Positions 1 to 12,859 are shown, counted from the stretch's first letter. The stretch is 64,000 bases of DNA from an uncultured Candidatus Peribacteria bacterium (GCA_964514565.1 CAZERA010000005.1:1-64000); one strand, 5' to 3'. Notes: generated from the sequence alone by a model not told the origin. Made by a program: numbers and translations.

Positions 1-2030
<2,030 letters not shown>

Positions 2031-2180
2031 TTACACACCTAAGTTTGACTAGTAATCTAGGAATAAACTATCAAACTTGATAAACATTAAATAAACAAAA
2101 CACTACATTAACCTTCAAAAAATTTACACTAACTAAATCGCTTTACTTGCATAGTTGTTTTGAGAAAAACATTTCTATGC

Positions 2181-2197
2181 CCGAATTTTTAATGTAC
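2181..2197 (-). promoter_or_regulatory. boxA-like antitermination element in 23S leader
   Basis: Minus strand GTACATTAAAAATTCGG resembles rrn boxA and lies between the promoter and mature 23S. Confidence 0.4.
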
Positions 2198-2307
2198 AGG
2201 AGTCAGCGATAGATTCTGTTGCCGTCCAAGACTGGCTTTTAAAAGCCGGTAGTCGAACAGCGAGTGTTCTGTGCCAAACTCAAACGTGCTCTCTTTCAAG
2301 CGCGACT

Positions 2308-2336
2308 ATACTAGGGAAGGAGATACCCCCTGTCAA
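2308..2336 (-). promoter_or_regulatory. sigma70-type promoter of the 23S gene
   Basis: Minus strand TTGACA-N17-TAGTAT about 280 nt upstream of the 23S 5' end. Confidence 0.75.
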
Positions 2337-2589
2337 GAGTCTTCTATCACTTTGTTTCATAATCAAATAGGAAGGCCAAAAGGAGGCCATTTTGACTGGG
2401 ATAAAAAGTAAAAAATTAGGGGTTAAAAGCTAAAAAAACGACATTTAGTCAAAAACAAATATAAAATTCACGGACAAAGAATCCAAAGTAAGCATTTAAA
2501 ATATGTCTTCATTATCAATGACATAGAACCATTTTAATTATTTACTCATTCATGCTTTGATATTCAGGTGATTACTTTAATCATATATA

Positions 2590-4503
2590 ATGTCACTTTC
2601 TAAGAAGCTGTTTTCAAAAGCTGAATACGTTTTCATGGCAGATATATTCAAACAAAATAAGAAACAAGTAATACTCAATTTAATCACATCTATTATTAGT
2701 CCCCTACTAAGGCTAGCAGGACCATACCTTTTGAAGTTGCAGGTAGATCAACTACAACAACGGTCGCCACAACTCTTTGGCACTATTTATAGTTCACCTT
2801 TTAATATCTTCTTGATTCTTCTAGCGATCATGACTGCCTCCAGCTTTATCTCTCTGACCTTTGACCGCTGGACTGACTATCAAAATCGCAAGCTCTCTCA
2901 AAAGCTGGCAATTACCTCTGAGAAGAAACTTTACCAACAGTACGAGACATTTGACGCCGGCTTTCTCGCCAATCCACGAAACCGCAGAATTGCCCAAAGT
3001 ATTTTTCAAAGCACCCAACTAGCAGATGAAATATTGAGTTTTTTCTATAGCCTCACTAATGCCACTATCTCAATCCTTGGCATCCTACCTATTATTGCCT
3101 CTATTGATACTCGAATCTTCTTAGTAGTAATACTAGCTACTATTTTGCAAACAGTTTTATCTCGACGCCAAATCCAAAGAGACAATCAGGAAAGGATTAC
3201 GACTGATAAATTAGATAGTAGACGATACGAACTCCACTACACCCTGCTCTACCAATTTCACCAACTCATCAGTATTGGTGGACAAGAAAGAATCCTGACT
3301 GAATATTGGGACCTAATGGGAAAAAGCCAAACTCGCGAATTACAAGAAGTACAAAGACGAAACAAAACCAACTCCATTCAATGGTTCATCACGCAAACAC
3401 CCTATTGGTCAGCAAGAATACTAGTAGGAGCATCAGTAATGGCTGGCCGAGCTAGTTTGGGTGATTTTACAGCTATTACTTTATATGTTGATCAGTTGGC
3501 TAGTGTCTTTTTCGCTATGGTCGACAAACTCAGTCATTGGAAAAGACTTTCAATCACTCTCAGTAAAATTGGCTTCTTTCTCAATCTCAAACCTCGGTTT
3601 AGCATACCAAAACATCCAGATATCACTTCTCTACAAGGGACTATTACATTTCACAATGTACAGTTTCGTTATCCAAATTTGGATGAAGAAGAAAAAAACT
3701 ATCTAGAGTATTTACTGAAAAAAACTAGCAACTACCAGAAGCAGATGAATATGTGGCGGTACGACCGTAGTGAATTACAAGAATGGCAGAATATATTGGA
3801 GGACGCTCAGAAAGAACTACCGATCATACTAGACAAATTAACCTTCAGCTGTAAACCTGGTGAGATTACCGCTTTAATAGGTAGAAACGGCAGTGGAAAA
3901 ACGACAGCTACTCAATTTCTAGTCAGAAACTATGACCCAAGCCAAGGTAAAATCACTATTAATAGTAAAGATCTCAAAAACTTCACACCAAGTCATGTCC
4001 GCAAATATGTAAGCATCATTACCCAGAGCCCACTACTTTTAGACAACTTTAGTATTAGAGACAATATCCTTTTAGGAGTACATCAAGCTATCAATGACAC
4101 TCAGATTTGGGCATTACTAGAAAGGCTCAACTTAGCCAAAACGATAAAAGCTCTCCCCAAAAAGCTCGATTCGCTGATTGGAGATGAAATCAGATTATCA
4201 GGAGGCCAGTCTCAACTCATTACCATTGCGCGCACCATGTTGCAATCCAGACCTATCATTATCTTTGACGAAGGCACCAATCAATTAGATGCTGAACACG
4301 AAGCACTAGTAGCAGGTTTACTAGAAGAACAAAAAGCACATAGTACAATCCTACTGATTACCCACAAACTCACCACTGCTAGAAAAGCTGACAAAATCTA
4401 TGTATTAGATGAAGGACGAATAGTTGAATCAGGAAACCACAAAGAGCTATTGAGTAAAAAGGGACTATACGAAAAGTTTTGGCGCCTACAAGTAGTCGAA
4501 TAA
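2590..4503 (+). CDS. ABC exporter, fused permease/ATP-binding protein (MsbA/ABCB-like)
   Basis: N-terminal TM helices; Walker A GRNGSGKTT, signature LSGGQ, Walker B IIFDE, H-loop ITHK. Confidence 0.92.
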   Translation: MSLSKKLFSKAEYVFMADIFKQNKKQVILNLITSIISPLLRLAGPYLLKLQVDQLQQRSPQLFGTIYSSPFNIFLILLAIMTASSFISLTFDRWTDYQNRKLSQKLAITSEKKLYQQYETFDAGFLANPRNRRIAQSIFQSTQLADEILSFFYSLTNATISILGILPIIASIDTRIFLVVILATILQTVLSRRQIQRDNQERITTDKLDSRRYELHYTLLYQFHQLISIGGQERILTEYWDLMGKSQTRELQEVQRRNKTNSIQWFITQTPYWSARILVGASVMAGRASLGDFTAITLYVDQLASVFFAMVDKLSHWKRLSITLSKIGFFLNLKPRFSIPKHPDITSLQGTITFHNVQFRYPNLDEEEKNYLEYLLKKTSNYQKQMNMWRYDRSELQEWQNILEDAQKELPIILDKLTFSCKPGEITALIGRNGSGKTTATQFLVRNYDPSQGKITINSKDLKNFTPSHVRKYVSIITQSPLLLDNFSIRDNILLGVHQAINDTQIWALLERLNLAKTIKALPKKLDSLIGDEIRLSGGQSQLITIARTMLQSRPIIIFDEGTNQLDAEHEALVAGLLEEQKAHSTILLITHKLTTARKADKIYVLDEGRIVESGNHKELLSKKGLYEKFWRLQVVE

Positions 4504-4626
4504 GCAAGCAATAAATAGACTATTAAACATTGTGCGCTAAATAGGAGGTCGAGGCAAAGGATGAATTTTGCATTATTAAGTAGGTGTCCTATACTGCCTC
4601 CGAATTGATTCTTTACCCTCTTTTCT

Positions 4627-5703
4627 ATGGAATTATCAGCTTTATTTGCTCCAATTTGGCGCAGAAAATGGCATGTAGTAGTGATTGCCATCATTACTTC
4701 ACTCTTGATGGTGCTTTATAGCAACTTCTTTGCTAAGCCTAGTTTCCATTCAGAAATATTCTTTACGATCGGGTACAGAGATGACCAATTGCCTGGTCAA
4801 GATTATTCTTATGCCAACTATTATGGCAACTACGCTAGTATTGAGTTTGCTCGTACTGCTAGTGCATGGCCAAAAGATCCTTACTTTGTAGATGATATAT
4901 ATAAGAGAGCAGGCGTAAACAAAGATGAAGATCAAACTTTGGTTGATCAACTCCTAGGAAACTTCTCAGTCAGTCGTGAAGAACGTGCCAACTTAAGTGT
5001 CAAAGTCCGCTCAAGAAATGAAGCTAATCTCAAAAGACTCAGCAGTGCTTTCATTACTGTTTTTGAAGAAAGACTCACAGCTTACAATCTCGAAAGTGCT
5101 ACTAAATACAATGTGATCAATGAAAGTGTCAGTTTCTATGCTAGCTTACTAGCTCCCAATGAGGCTTGGCCTTTTGGTGCTTTACTTGGCTTATTACTTG
5201 GTATCCTTTGGTCTTACTTCTGGGAAGCACGCCAAGGCACCCTCAGTACAGCTCAACAATTAGAAGATACCTTTCACCAAAATATTTTCTGGCAGAAAAA
5301 AGGCAGTAAATCTACAGCTGCTCCAATTGCTAGCTTGATCCAAGGCTCTACCGGCAATATTTTATTGGTAGGAAACCGGATCAACTGGAAAAAACTATGG
5401 CGCACCCTTAGCTATCAATTCAGCCAAGATATTGTGTTTGTCGATGGCAGCAAGAAACAACATGTAAAGAAATATCTTCACCATAGCAATAATGTTTCTG
5501 TCCATGACACTGTGCCCGCAAAACGCAAAGCCCACTACGTAATAGTATGTGACTTCCCAGAACAAAGTGATATGACTATCGGTCAAGAAACAGTAACAAC
5601 TCTAGTGGTAGCACAAAGAGGACGCAGTCGTATTCATGAGTTGCAAAGTTTACAATATCTAATTGATACAGACAGCCAAGATATTTATACAATATTGCTC
5701 TAA
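4627..5703 (+). CDS. Wzz/CpsC-like polysaccharide chain-length determinant
   Basis: MELSALFAPIWRRKW N-terminus, two TM helices flanking an extracytoplasmic domain, G-rich second TM (GALLGLLLG). Confidence 0.65.
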   Translation: MELSALFAPIWRRKWHVVVIAIITSLLMVLYSNFFAKPSFHSEIFFTIGYRDDQLPGQDYSYANYYGNYASIEFARTASAWPKDPYFVDDIYKRAGVNKDEDQTLVDQLLGNFSVSREERANLSVKVRSRNEANLKRLSSAFITVFEERLTAYNLESATKYNVINESVSFYASLLAPNEAWPFGALLGLLLGILWSYFWEARQGTLSTAQQLEDTFHQNIFWQKKGSKSTAAPIASLIQGSTGNILLVGNRINWKKLWRTLSYQFSQDIVFVDGSKKQHVKKYLHHSNNVSVHDTVPAKRKAHYVIVCDFPEQSDMTIGQETVTTLVVAQRGRSRIHELQSLQYLIDTDSQDIYTILL

Positions 5704-5705
5704 TC

Positions 5706-6524
5706 ATGTTTACCTTCGAAGGCGGCAAAGCCAAAGAAATCGAACAGTACTATCATGATCACCACACCAGATTAAGCTATATCCGTGATCAAGTAGTGCA
5801 CTATACTCCAGCCCAGAGCAAAGTATTGGATATTGGAGCCAAGCCATTTGTGCTCAGCTACCAGCTACTCCAGCTAGGGTTTGATTATACCGGTATCGGC
5901 GTATCTGGTCAGGAAAAAGATTTGAGACAAGACACAGTATTAGCTTGCAGTACAGGCCCAACTAAAAATGCTAGCTTCACAGTGACACTCACTGACGACA
6001 AGAAAAAGGAGTGGTCAGTACCAATGCATGAGGTAAATATTGAGCTCAATCAATGGCCCTTTGCCAAAGCGACCTTTGATACGCTAGTCTGGACGGAAAC
6101 ACTAGAGCATCTCACCTGTGACCCCAGCTTTGCTTGGCATCAAGCCAATCATGCATTAAAGACTGATGGTATTTTATTGTTTTCAGTCCCAAATGCCCTT
6201 TATTGGGTACGTACGGTTCAACTACTACTTGGCAAAAACATCGATGATCCTTACTCATGGCATGGACCATTTGGTAGACACAATAGACTCTATACAATCA
6301 AAGAAATCAAAGCATTGGCTAAACTCCATGGCTTTGAAGTAGTAAAAATAGACACCCAGACCTTCATCCCTGAGAACCAATCTTTATTGAAACGAATAGC
6401 CTACAAAATCATTACAGCAGTAGGGAAAATAACCGGCAAAAGAAAAGGGAAAACTATCGTAGCAGTACTACAAAAGAAAACAGAATCAAAGAACCCAGAA
6501 AGACCACACTTTCTCTACCATTAG
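5706..6524 (+). CDS. class I SAM-dependent methyltransferase
   Basis: VLDIGA motif I, FDTLVWTETLEHL, LKTDGILLFSVPN. Confidence 0.88.
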   Translation: MFTFEGGKAKEIEQYYHDHHTRLSYIRDQVVHYTPAQSKVLDIGAKPFVLSYQLLQLGFDYTGIGVSGQEKDLRQDTVLACSTGPTKNASFTVTLTDDKKKEWSVPMHEVNIELNQWPFAKATFDTLVWTETLEHLTCDPSFAWHQANHALKTDGILLFSVPNALYWVRTVQLLLGKNIDDPYSWHGPFGRHNRLYTIKEIKALAKLHGFEVVKIDTQTFIPENQSLLKRIAYKIITAVGKITGKRKGKTIVAVLQKKTESKNPERPHFLYH

Positions 6525-6581
6525 ACACAGGAAGTAGAGTATTACAGTAAATAAAACACTAACGACTCTACCAGCACCCCA

Positions 6582-6620
6582 AAAATTTCTGACCTCTGCT
6601 CTCGTACCCCTGACCTAATT
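6582..6620 (+). repeat. intergenic repeat family B (TCTGACC/TCTGCTC heptamers), copy without hairpin
   Basis: TCTGACCTCTGCTCTCGTACCCCTGACCTAA; homologous copies at 10372, 12916, 28205, 28561 and 48257. Confidence 0.7.
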
Positions 6621-6621
6621 T

Positions 6622-8766
6622 ATGTCTCTCCCCCAGTTCCAAGACATTGTCACTACACCACTCCCTGAAAGTTGGACCAAGGTTGCTCCTAGGCCCAAAA
6701 GTATCAGAGTGTCTGCTTTGACCAATCCTTTGCTAGACATTATTGAAGGTGGATCACTAGAGCCAACATCATTGTTGCCCATAGCTGCTTTAGTTGAAGC
6801 TTCCATTCCTACTCCCGGACAAAGTATTGATGTAATTACCAAAGCGAATAATCATCAGGAGATTGTTCGGATTGGTAAACACACCAACCGCTGGACTGGA
6901 TTTTTTGCTCCTCTGCGCGAAGCATTGATTGTCTGTATCCTGCTGTTTGTTATTTTGCAGACAGTGTTTGTATTTGCCGGTGGCAACACGCTCAAGAATG
7001 TTTTATTTAAACAAACCTTTGCTGGACTAGATGAGCTCAAACAAGCCAAAGAAGATATTAGTGCAGCCGATTTGCAAGCAACTATTCAACACTTCATTTC
7101 AGCTAAATCATCTTTCCTAGAAGCACGCGATTCATTGAGCGTGATCAATAATGGCCAGAGTGCATTGAGCAGCTCACTGATTACTACTAGTAACCAACTC
7201 CTTAGTATTGGTGAAAACCTAGCTAGTGTCGGTAACGAAATGACTGCAGGAGCTCAAATATTGCTGGGTACAGCCAATTGGAAGTTGGCCCTTCCTGCCT
7301 TTAAGAAAGCAGCCAACCAACTACGGCTAGCTAGTCTTACGATTAAAAATGTAGATAGCACTATCTTACCAAGCGACTACCAAGAAAAATTCAACTTAAT
7401 CAAAGCTGACCTACCTACGCTCGACAAATATCTTACCCTTTTTGATCAGATCTCCCCGGCTTTGCTCAACTTCACTGCTGACAAAGGAACAAAACGCTAT
7501 TTAATTGTTTTACAAAACACAACTGAACGTCGAGGCACCGGTGGATTCATGGGCAGCTTCATTGAGATCACCTTCCAAAACGGCACTCTACTGTCTGCTG
7601 AACCAAAAGATGTTTATACCGTAGATTGGCAACAATTCAAACGCAAACCAGCACCAGACGGTCTCCAACCCTATATGAAAGGTCTTGCTTTGCGGGATAC
7701 CAATTACAATCCTGACTTTTATCAAGCCAGCCAAGACATCAACTGGGCATATGGCGAATCTCGCCAAGGTAGCTTGGATGGCGTGATTGCAATCGACCAA
7801 AGTATTGCTCCTGCTTTACTCAAAATATTAGGACCAATCTATTTACCAGAATTTAATGTCACCCTCACTGATCAAAATTATTTCACTATTCTCCAGTACT
7901 ACATCGAGACAAATAAGGATGATCCAGAAACTCCCAAACGTATTCTTTTGGCCTTCATCAAAGAGGCACTTCAAAAAGTAGCTACTCCAGACAATATTCT
8001 CAAAGTGACACAGTTTGCTCCTCAAATGATTGCAGAAAAACATGTGCAAGTAGCAATGTTTGATCCCGAGCTAGAAGCAATCGTTAAAAAATATAGCTTA
8101 GATGGGACACTCCAAGCCCCTGACCCGAAACTAGATTATCTCCATATCAATGCGATCAATGTTGGGGGCAACAAAGGTGACCGTCTATTGTCACGTGATT
8201 ACGAACACACTACTACTATCGCCAATGATGGTAGCGTGGACATCAACCTTAAAGGTACTTGGACAAATCATTGGTCAGACAAAGAAGCAGATCAAATCAG
8301 AGCACTCTTCCCTCAGATAGACAAATTACCACGCCAGATTCGCGAAAACTTCTGGCATGTGATTGGCAATAGTCTTACTAAACATATCGTCAGAATCTTT
8401 GTCCCAAAAGGCAGTACCTTGATTGAAAATAGCGGCTTCAACTATCCCCTCAGGAGTAGTGAAGAAAATGGCTACACGGTGTGGTATAGCGAAGTAGACG
8501 TAGCTGTTGGAGGTCAAACTAGCTTTAGCCTTAGCTATAAAATCCCCGAACAACTCGACCTCAAGACTGGGGACAATTATCGTTTCTTGATCCAAAAACA
8601 AGCTGGTGCTGAGCAAGAGACGATAAAACACACCGTAAAACTAGCAGACCAAGTAGCACAGATTGCTGATTATCCTGCAAAAGGAACACAAGGTAGTGAA
8701 AGTCTTACTACTACTACTGATCTCAATACTGATAGATACTTTGAATTATTAGTGAGAAAAAAATAA
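6622..8766 (+). CDS. DUF4012 domain membrane-anchored protein
   Basis: YLIVLQNTTERRGTGGFMGS, LRDTNYNPDF, DGVIAID, NVGGNKGD, IQKQAG motifs; one TM. Confidence 0.88.
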   Translation: MSLPQFQDIVTTPLPESWTKVAPRPKSIRVSALTNPLLDIIEGGSLEPTSLLPIAALVEASIPTPGQSIDVITKANNHQEIVRIGKHTNRWTGFFAPLREALIVCILLFVILQTVFVFAGGNTLKNVLFKQTFAGLDELKQAKEDISAADLQATIQHFISAKSSFLEARDSLSVINNGQSALSSSLITTSNQLLSIGENLASVGNEMTAGAQILLGTANWKLALPAFKKAANQLRLASLTIKNVDSTILPSDYQEKFNLIKADLPTLDKYLTLFDQISPALLNFTADKGTKRYLIVLQNTTERRGTGGFMGSFIEITFQNGTLLSAEPKDVYTVDWQQFKRKPAPDGLQPYMKGLALRDTNYNPDFYQASQDINWAYGESRQGSLDGVIAIDQSIAPALLKILGPIYLPEFNVTLTDQNYFTILQYYIETNKDDPETPKRILLAFIKEALQKVATPDNILKVTQFAPQMIAEKHVQVAMFDPELEAIVKKYSLDGTLQAPDPKLDYLHINAINVGGNKGDRLLSRDYEHTTTIANDGSVDINLKGTWTNHWSDKEADQIRALFPQIDKLPRQIRENFWHVIGNSLTKHIVRIFVPKGSTLIENSGFNYPLRSSEENGYTVWYSEVDVAVGGQTSFSLSYKIPEQLDLKTGDNYRFLIQKQAGAEQETIKHTVKLADQVAQIADYPAKGTQGSESLTTTTDLNTDRYFELLVRKK

Positions 8767-9315
8767 ATGCAGGCTTTTACCTTTCATATCGATATCGAGA
8801 AACCCTTTAGCAATTTGACCTTGTCCGATCATGTTTTGATTATGATCAAAACAGCTGATGGGAGACTGATAGTAAGCAGAAAGGATTCCTATCCGCCTGG
8901 AATATGGCGACTGATAGGCGGCAAGATCGATAAGAAAGAGAAACTGGCAGATACAGCTAGACGTGAACTGTCAGAAGAAACACAACTAAACATTCCCAGC
9001 TCAAGGATTAGCTACATTGCTGCGATTAAAGGCGAAGCCACTGATGCGGAATTCAACGAGTATGCCCTGACGACTCATATTTATTTGGTCAATCTAAAAC
9101 CTAGCGAAGAGCCCCAAGCAAACGATGACATTGATGAACTGCAAGCAATCAGTCCTCAAGCATTTGCGGATTTGATTGAAAAATATCGAGCACTTTCACC
9201 CAATAGCTGGGTATACAAAAATGGCTACAAGAAATTCTCTTGGTATGACTACGGCCAATACTATGCCGCGGTACATCAAATCGCCTTAGATTTAGCCTCC
9301 ACAACTAATCCTTAG
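8767..9315 (+). CDS. NUDIX hydrolase
   Basis: Nudix box GGKIDKKEKLADTARRELSEET. Confidence 0.88.
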   Translation: MQAFTFHIDIEKPFSNLTLSDHVLIMIKTADGRLIVSRKDSYPPGIWRLIGGKIDKKEKLADTARRELSEETQLNIPSSRISYIAAIKGEATDAEFNEYALTTHIYLVNLKPSEEPQANDDIDELQAISPQAFADLIEKYRALSPNSWVYKNGYKKFSWYDYGQYYAAVHQIALDLASTTNP

Positions 9316-10093
9316 AATTTTCTCTTAATCTAGCCTTAATAAACGTCCGCGTATTTTGGGCATATTTAAGGAGCTCCAAATTTTGGGCTAATTCTTTTCC
9401 TTGTACCAAGTGACTTGTATTCATTCTGATTCTAGCGGCAATCAGTTCATAGGTATCTTGAGTCAGGCGAGGATGAGCCTCAGCAAATTTAGCGCGAATT
9501 TCTTCCCAAGTAGTGGTGGCACCAAAAAGACATTCAGTAACCAACAAAGGATTCCATTCATTGGCAGGCAATCCAGCCAACAAGCTACTCACATCAGACC
9601 ATTGTGTACTACTAGTAACGGCTTTAATAACTGGCGCAAAAGGATGGCCATCTTCTCGATACAGGTGGGGCATAGGCACATGCTCTGTCAGTAAACTAGC
9701 TAACAATGGTTGATTATCTATGTCAGCTGTCCAAAATAAGAATCCTCTTTCTGTTGCGCCAGAGATAGCATTCTTACAAGCATTACGAATATGGTCACGG
9801 TCTGAAGCTTCTGCCTTACCATACATGCTAGCAAGTATAGCCATGAGGCTTTGTTTCTTTGCTTCAGCTCGATTATAAGCCTTAGCTTCAGCTGATTGTT
9901 TAGGTTTATGCATAGCCTCAACTCTTGTCTGTGCAACAACGGCTGACATAGGACGCAACATGCCAATAACAGTAGTTAAATCACAAGATCCCACCAATTC
10001 AGCTCTAGTTGCTAGTCGAGCAGCGCGGATTTTCAATGGTTCAGCTCCACAGTGTTGTTCATAACGTTCCAATTTCTTTCCTAAAAGAAGCAT
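9305..10093 (-). CDS. hypothetical protein (start ATG 10093 or TTG 10114)
   Basis: Long ORF (~262 aa) filling the gap; no recognisable motif. Confidence 0.65.
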   Translation of the reverse strand: MLLLGKKLERYEQHCGAEPLKIRAARLATRAELVGSCDLTTVIGMLRPMSAVVAQTRVEAMHKPKQSAEAKAYNRAEAKKQSLMAILASMYGKAEASDRDHIRNACKNAISGATERGFLFWTADIDNQPLLASLLTEHVPMPHLYREDGHPFAPVIKAVTSSTQWSDVSSLLAGLPANEWNPLLVTECLFGATTTWEEIRAKFAEAHPRLTQDTYELIAARIRMNTSHLVQGKELAQNLELLKYAQNTRTFIKARLRENSKD

Positions 10094-10371
10094 ACTATTT
10101 GAATAAGGTCGCAATCATAGCAAAGCACAAAAAATCCACAATAGATTCTTCAGGATACAAACAAGAAAAGCTGATGCATACAACAGCAAACTAAAGAAGG
10201 CTCTACACCCTATGACGACAATGCGACAGAGATATCTCTCCCGCATTCGCGGGGTTCGGTATGACGCCCCTTCGGGGCAGTCCAAGGCAATCCCCCACCA
10301 AAAAAATCTCTAACATCTTACCACACGCAAAGGATCGGCAAGCAGGGAAGAAGGGCCTCCCACTAGCCCCC

Positions 10372-10429
10372 AATCTCTGACCTCTGCTTTCGTACCTCTG
10401 ATCTCCCAAGTCCACCTCTGACCTAACTT
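10372..10429 (+). repeat. intergenic repeat family B, copy
   Basis: AATCTCTGACCTCTGCTTTCGTACCTCTGATCTC...CCTCTGACCTAACTT. Confidence 0.7.
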
Positions 10430-10698
10430 ATGTAACTTCTATCCGACTAAGTATAAGTCTTGTTCAAACTGATAATAGGGCCCAAGTGAAAAGCCTTTTT
10501 GTCAAAAACAAACAACTTATGAACATGGAATATGATAAGGCTGACTGTTAGAATCGATTCCTGTTTCAAACTACAAAAACATATTATTCCCCTAATTCGA
10601 TGACCAACTTCCTCATTACCCGTACACCAAGCTGGTGGCGAAAACTTCTTCTGTAGGAAGAGTGTTTTTGTTAGTGTTTTTATTTAAATAACTTTTCT

Positions 10699-12846
10699 AT
10701 GCACAAAGGAAATCGTGTTCTGTTCGGTATAGTTAGTATTAGTGTTCTGACAATAGCCGCTTTAGTTCCTACTTCACTCCTAGGTGAAACAACCACACCG
10801 AAAGCATTGGCTGCAGGGAGTGGGATTAGTTATGACATAGGCTCACCAACTGTTCGTGATTATTGGATCAGCCCTACAGGCAATAACAATAATTCAGGTG
10901 AACAAAACAGTCCCATTGCTACGATTGGTCATGCTTGGGAATTAGTACCACAAGGTACCACTCTCCAGACTGGTTTCCGTTTTCACCTTTTGCCAGGTAC
11001 GTATAGTTCTCCTGATCTTTGGGTAGAGAATCGCCAGGGTACCGCTAATGCTCCTATCATTTTCCAAGGTGATGGTGCGCCAGGTAGCATCGTGATCAAT
11101 GGCAACTTAAATAGTAAAGATATTCACTACACCTACTTCATCAATCTCAATTATCAATATGCGCATGATTTAATGCACTTTGAAAATGCTGATCATATCT
11201 TGCTTCGTGGTGTGACATTGCATAGTCCAAGTGGGGCCCAAGAGACCCTCAAAGTCAATCAGACTCAATACATGTATGTCGAAGACAGCGACATTTCAGG
11301 CGCATGGGACAATGCGATTGACTTCGTCTCAGTCCAATACGGACATGTAGTACGTTCCAAGATTCACCAAGCCTCAGACTGGTGTATGTACACCAAAGGT
11401 GGCTCTGCATATATCACTGTAGATAGTAATGAATTCTTTGACTGTGGTACTGGTGGTTTCACAGCAGGTCAAGGAACCGGTTTACAATTCATGAGCTCAC
11501 CATGGCTCCAATACGAAGCGTATGACATCAAAGTAACCAACAATGTAGTCCATGACACAGATGGTGCCGGACTAGGAGTCAATGGCGGCTACAATATTTT
11601 GATGGCTTACAATACTTTGTACAATGTAGGCAAACGTGACCACTTGATCGAATTTGTTTACGGCGGTCGCAGTTGTGATGGCAATGACGCAGCAGCATGT
11701 ACCCCCAATTTACAAAAAGGGGCATGGGGTAGCACACGAGAAGATGGCGTAGATATTGGCAATAACCATGTCTACTTCTACAACAATATCGTGATGGTAA
11801 GCCCTGGCTATATGACCGCACAATGGCCAGCTCAATTTGCAATTTATGGACCACGTGCCCTCACAATACCTGGAGCACAAGGTCAAAACCCAGCTCGTGA
11901 CGATGTCGATCTTCAGATCAAAGGAAATATCATTTGGAATCCAGTCGCAGATCTTGGCGTAAGCGGTGACAATGGTTGTGCTACTAGCAATACCACCTGC
12001 AATCCTACTCAGCTGATGAGAGACAATGCCATCAATACTGTCCAACCCCAACTGGTCAATCCAGCCCAAGGAAATTATAGCTTAGCAACCAATAGCAACG
12101 TTTTCACAGTTCCTTCATTTGCAATTCCTTCTTTCGGCTGGAGTGATGTACCAAACAGCACTACACCAACAGGACGACTAGCAAATACAGTAGCGACTGA
12201 TGCGCTCAACAATCCTCGTTTATCCACTGTAGCCGGTGCATTTACTGGTACCTCAAGCGTCACAACTCCTGCTACACCAACACCTTCACCTACAGCTTCT
12301 AGTACACCAAGTAGCAGTCCTACTCCTTCGAACACTCCAACTGCAACAGCTATGCCTAGCAGTACGCCTACAGCAACAAGTACTCCTACCGCTTCCCCAA
12401 CACCAAGATCATCACCTACAAGTAGTCCTACCCCATCAAGTGCACCAACTCCAACGACAACTCCCACGGTAAACCCTGGTCGCTTGGCTGATATCGAAGG
12501 CTACTGGAACAATGTGGATAGAGTGTGCACTACCAACCGCAGAAATCTAACTACTTGTAAGCTTACTAGCAGCATTCATCCATTCAATGCAGGCAATGTA
12601 AAAAGCACAGCAAGTACCATCGGTGTCTATCTATCTACCAACCCCACCCTAGATAGCTCAGACGTATTACTCAAAACTGTATCGATGAAAGCGCTCAATG
12701 CAGGCACAGGAACATCAATCAACTTCAGCTACACCGGCGCAGTAGATTATGTCCACAAACCATTCTTGATCGCCAAATTCGACAACGACAATACCATCCC
12801 AGAATCAGACGAAACTGATAACCTCGGTGTGTATTACCCTCTATAG
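10699..12846 (+). CDS. secreted right-handed beta-helix (pectin-lyase-like) protein with Pro/Thr linker and C-terminal CARDB/Ig-like domain
   Basis: Signal/anchor peptide; WISPTGNNNNSG start of beta-helix; repeated IxNNxxxD strands; PTPS linker; C-terminal NAGNVKSTASTIGVYLS...IPESDETDN. Confidence 0.8.
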   Translation: MHKGNRVLFGIVSISVLTIAALVPTSLLGETTTPKALAAGSGISYDIGSPTVRDYWISPTGNNNNSGEQNSPIATIGHAWELVPQGTTLQTGFRFHLLPGTYSSPDLWVENRQGTANAPIIFQGDGAPGSIVINGNLNSKDIHYTYFINLNYQYAHDLMHFENADHILLRGVTLHSPSGAQETLKVNQTQYMYVEDSDISGAWDNAIDFVSVQYGHVVRSKIHQASDWCMYTKGGSAYITVDSNEFFDCGTGGFTAGQGTGLQFMSSPWLQYEAYDIKVTNNVVHDTDGAGLGVNGGYNILMAYNTLYNVGKRDHLIEFVYGGRSCDGNDAAACTPNLQKGAWGSTREDGVDIGNNHVYFYNNIVMVSPGYMTAQWPAQFAIYGPRALTIPGAQGQNPARDDVDLQIKGNIIWNPVADLGVSGDNGCATSNTTCNPTQLMRDNAINTVQPQLVNPAQGNYSLATNSNVFTVPSFAIPSFGWSDVPNSTTPTGRLANTVATDALNNPRLSTVAGAFTGTSSVTTPATPTPSPTASSTPSSSPTPSNTPTATAMPSSTPTATSTPTASPTPRSSPTSSPTPSSAPTPTTTPTVNPGRLADIEGYWNNVDRVCTTNRRNLTTCKLTSSIHPFNAGNVKSTASTIGVYLSTNPTLDSSDVLLKTVSMKALNAGTGTSINFSYTGAVDYVHKPFLIAKFDNDNTIPESDETDNLGVYYPL

Positions 12847-12859
12847 TCCAACACAAAAT

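Noticed and set aside
10595..10690. Riboswitch or attenuator upstream of 10699
   Set aside because: A hairpin and a possible CTTCCT/AGGAAG alternative pairing exist, but no aptamer consensus is recognisable.
12075..12467. Gly/Val-rich antisense ORFs (also 39093-39437 and 46432-46851)
   Set aside because: Shadows of Pro/Thr/Ser linkers on the coding strand.
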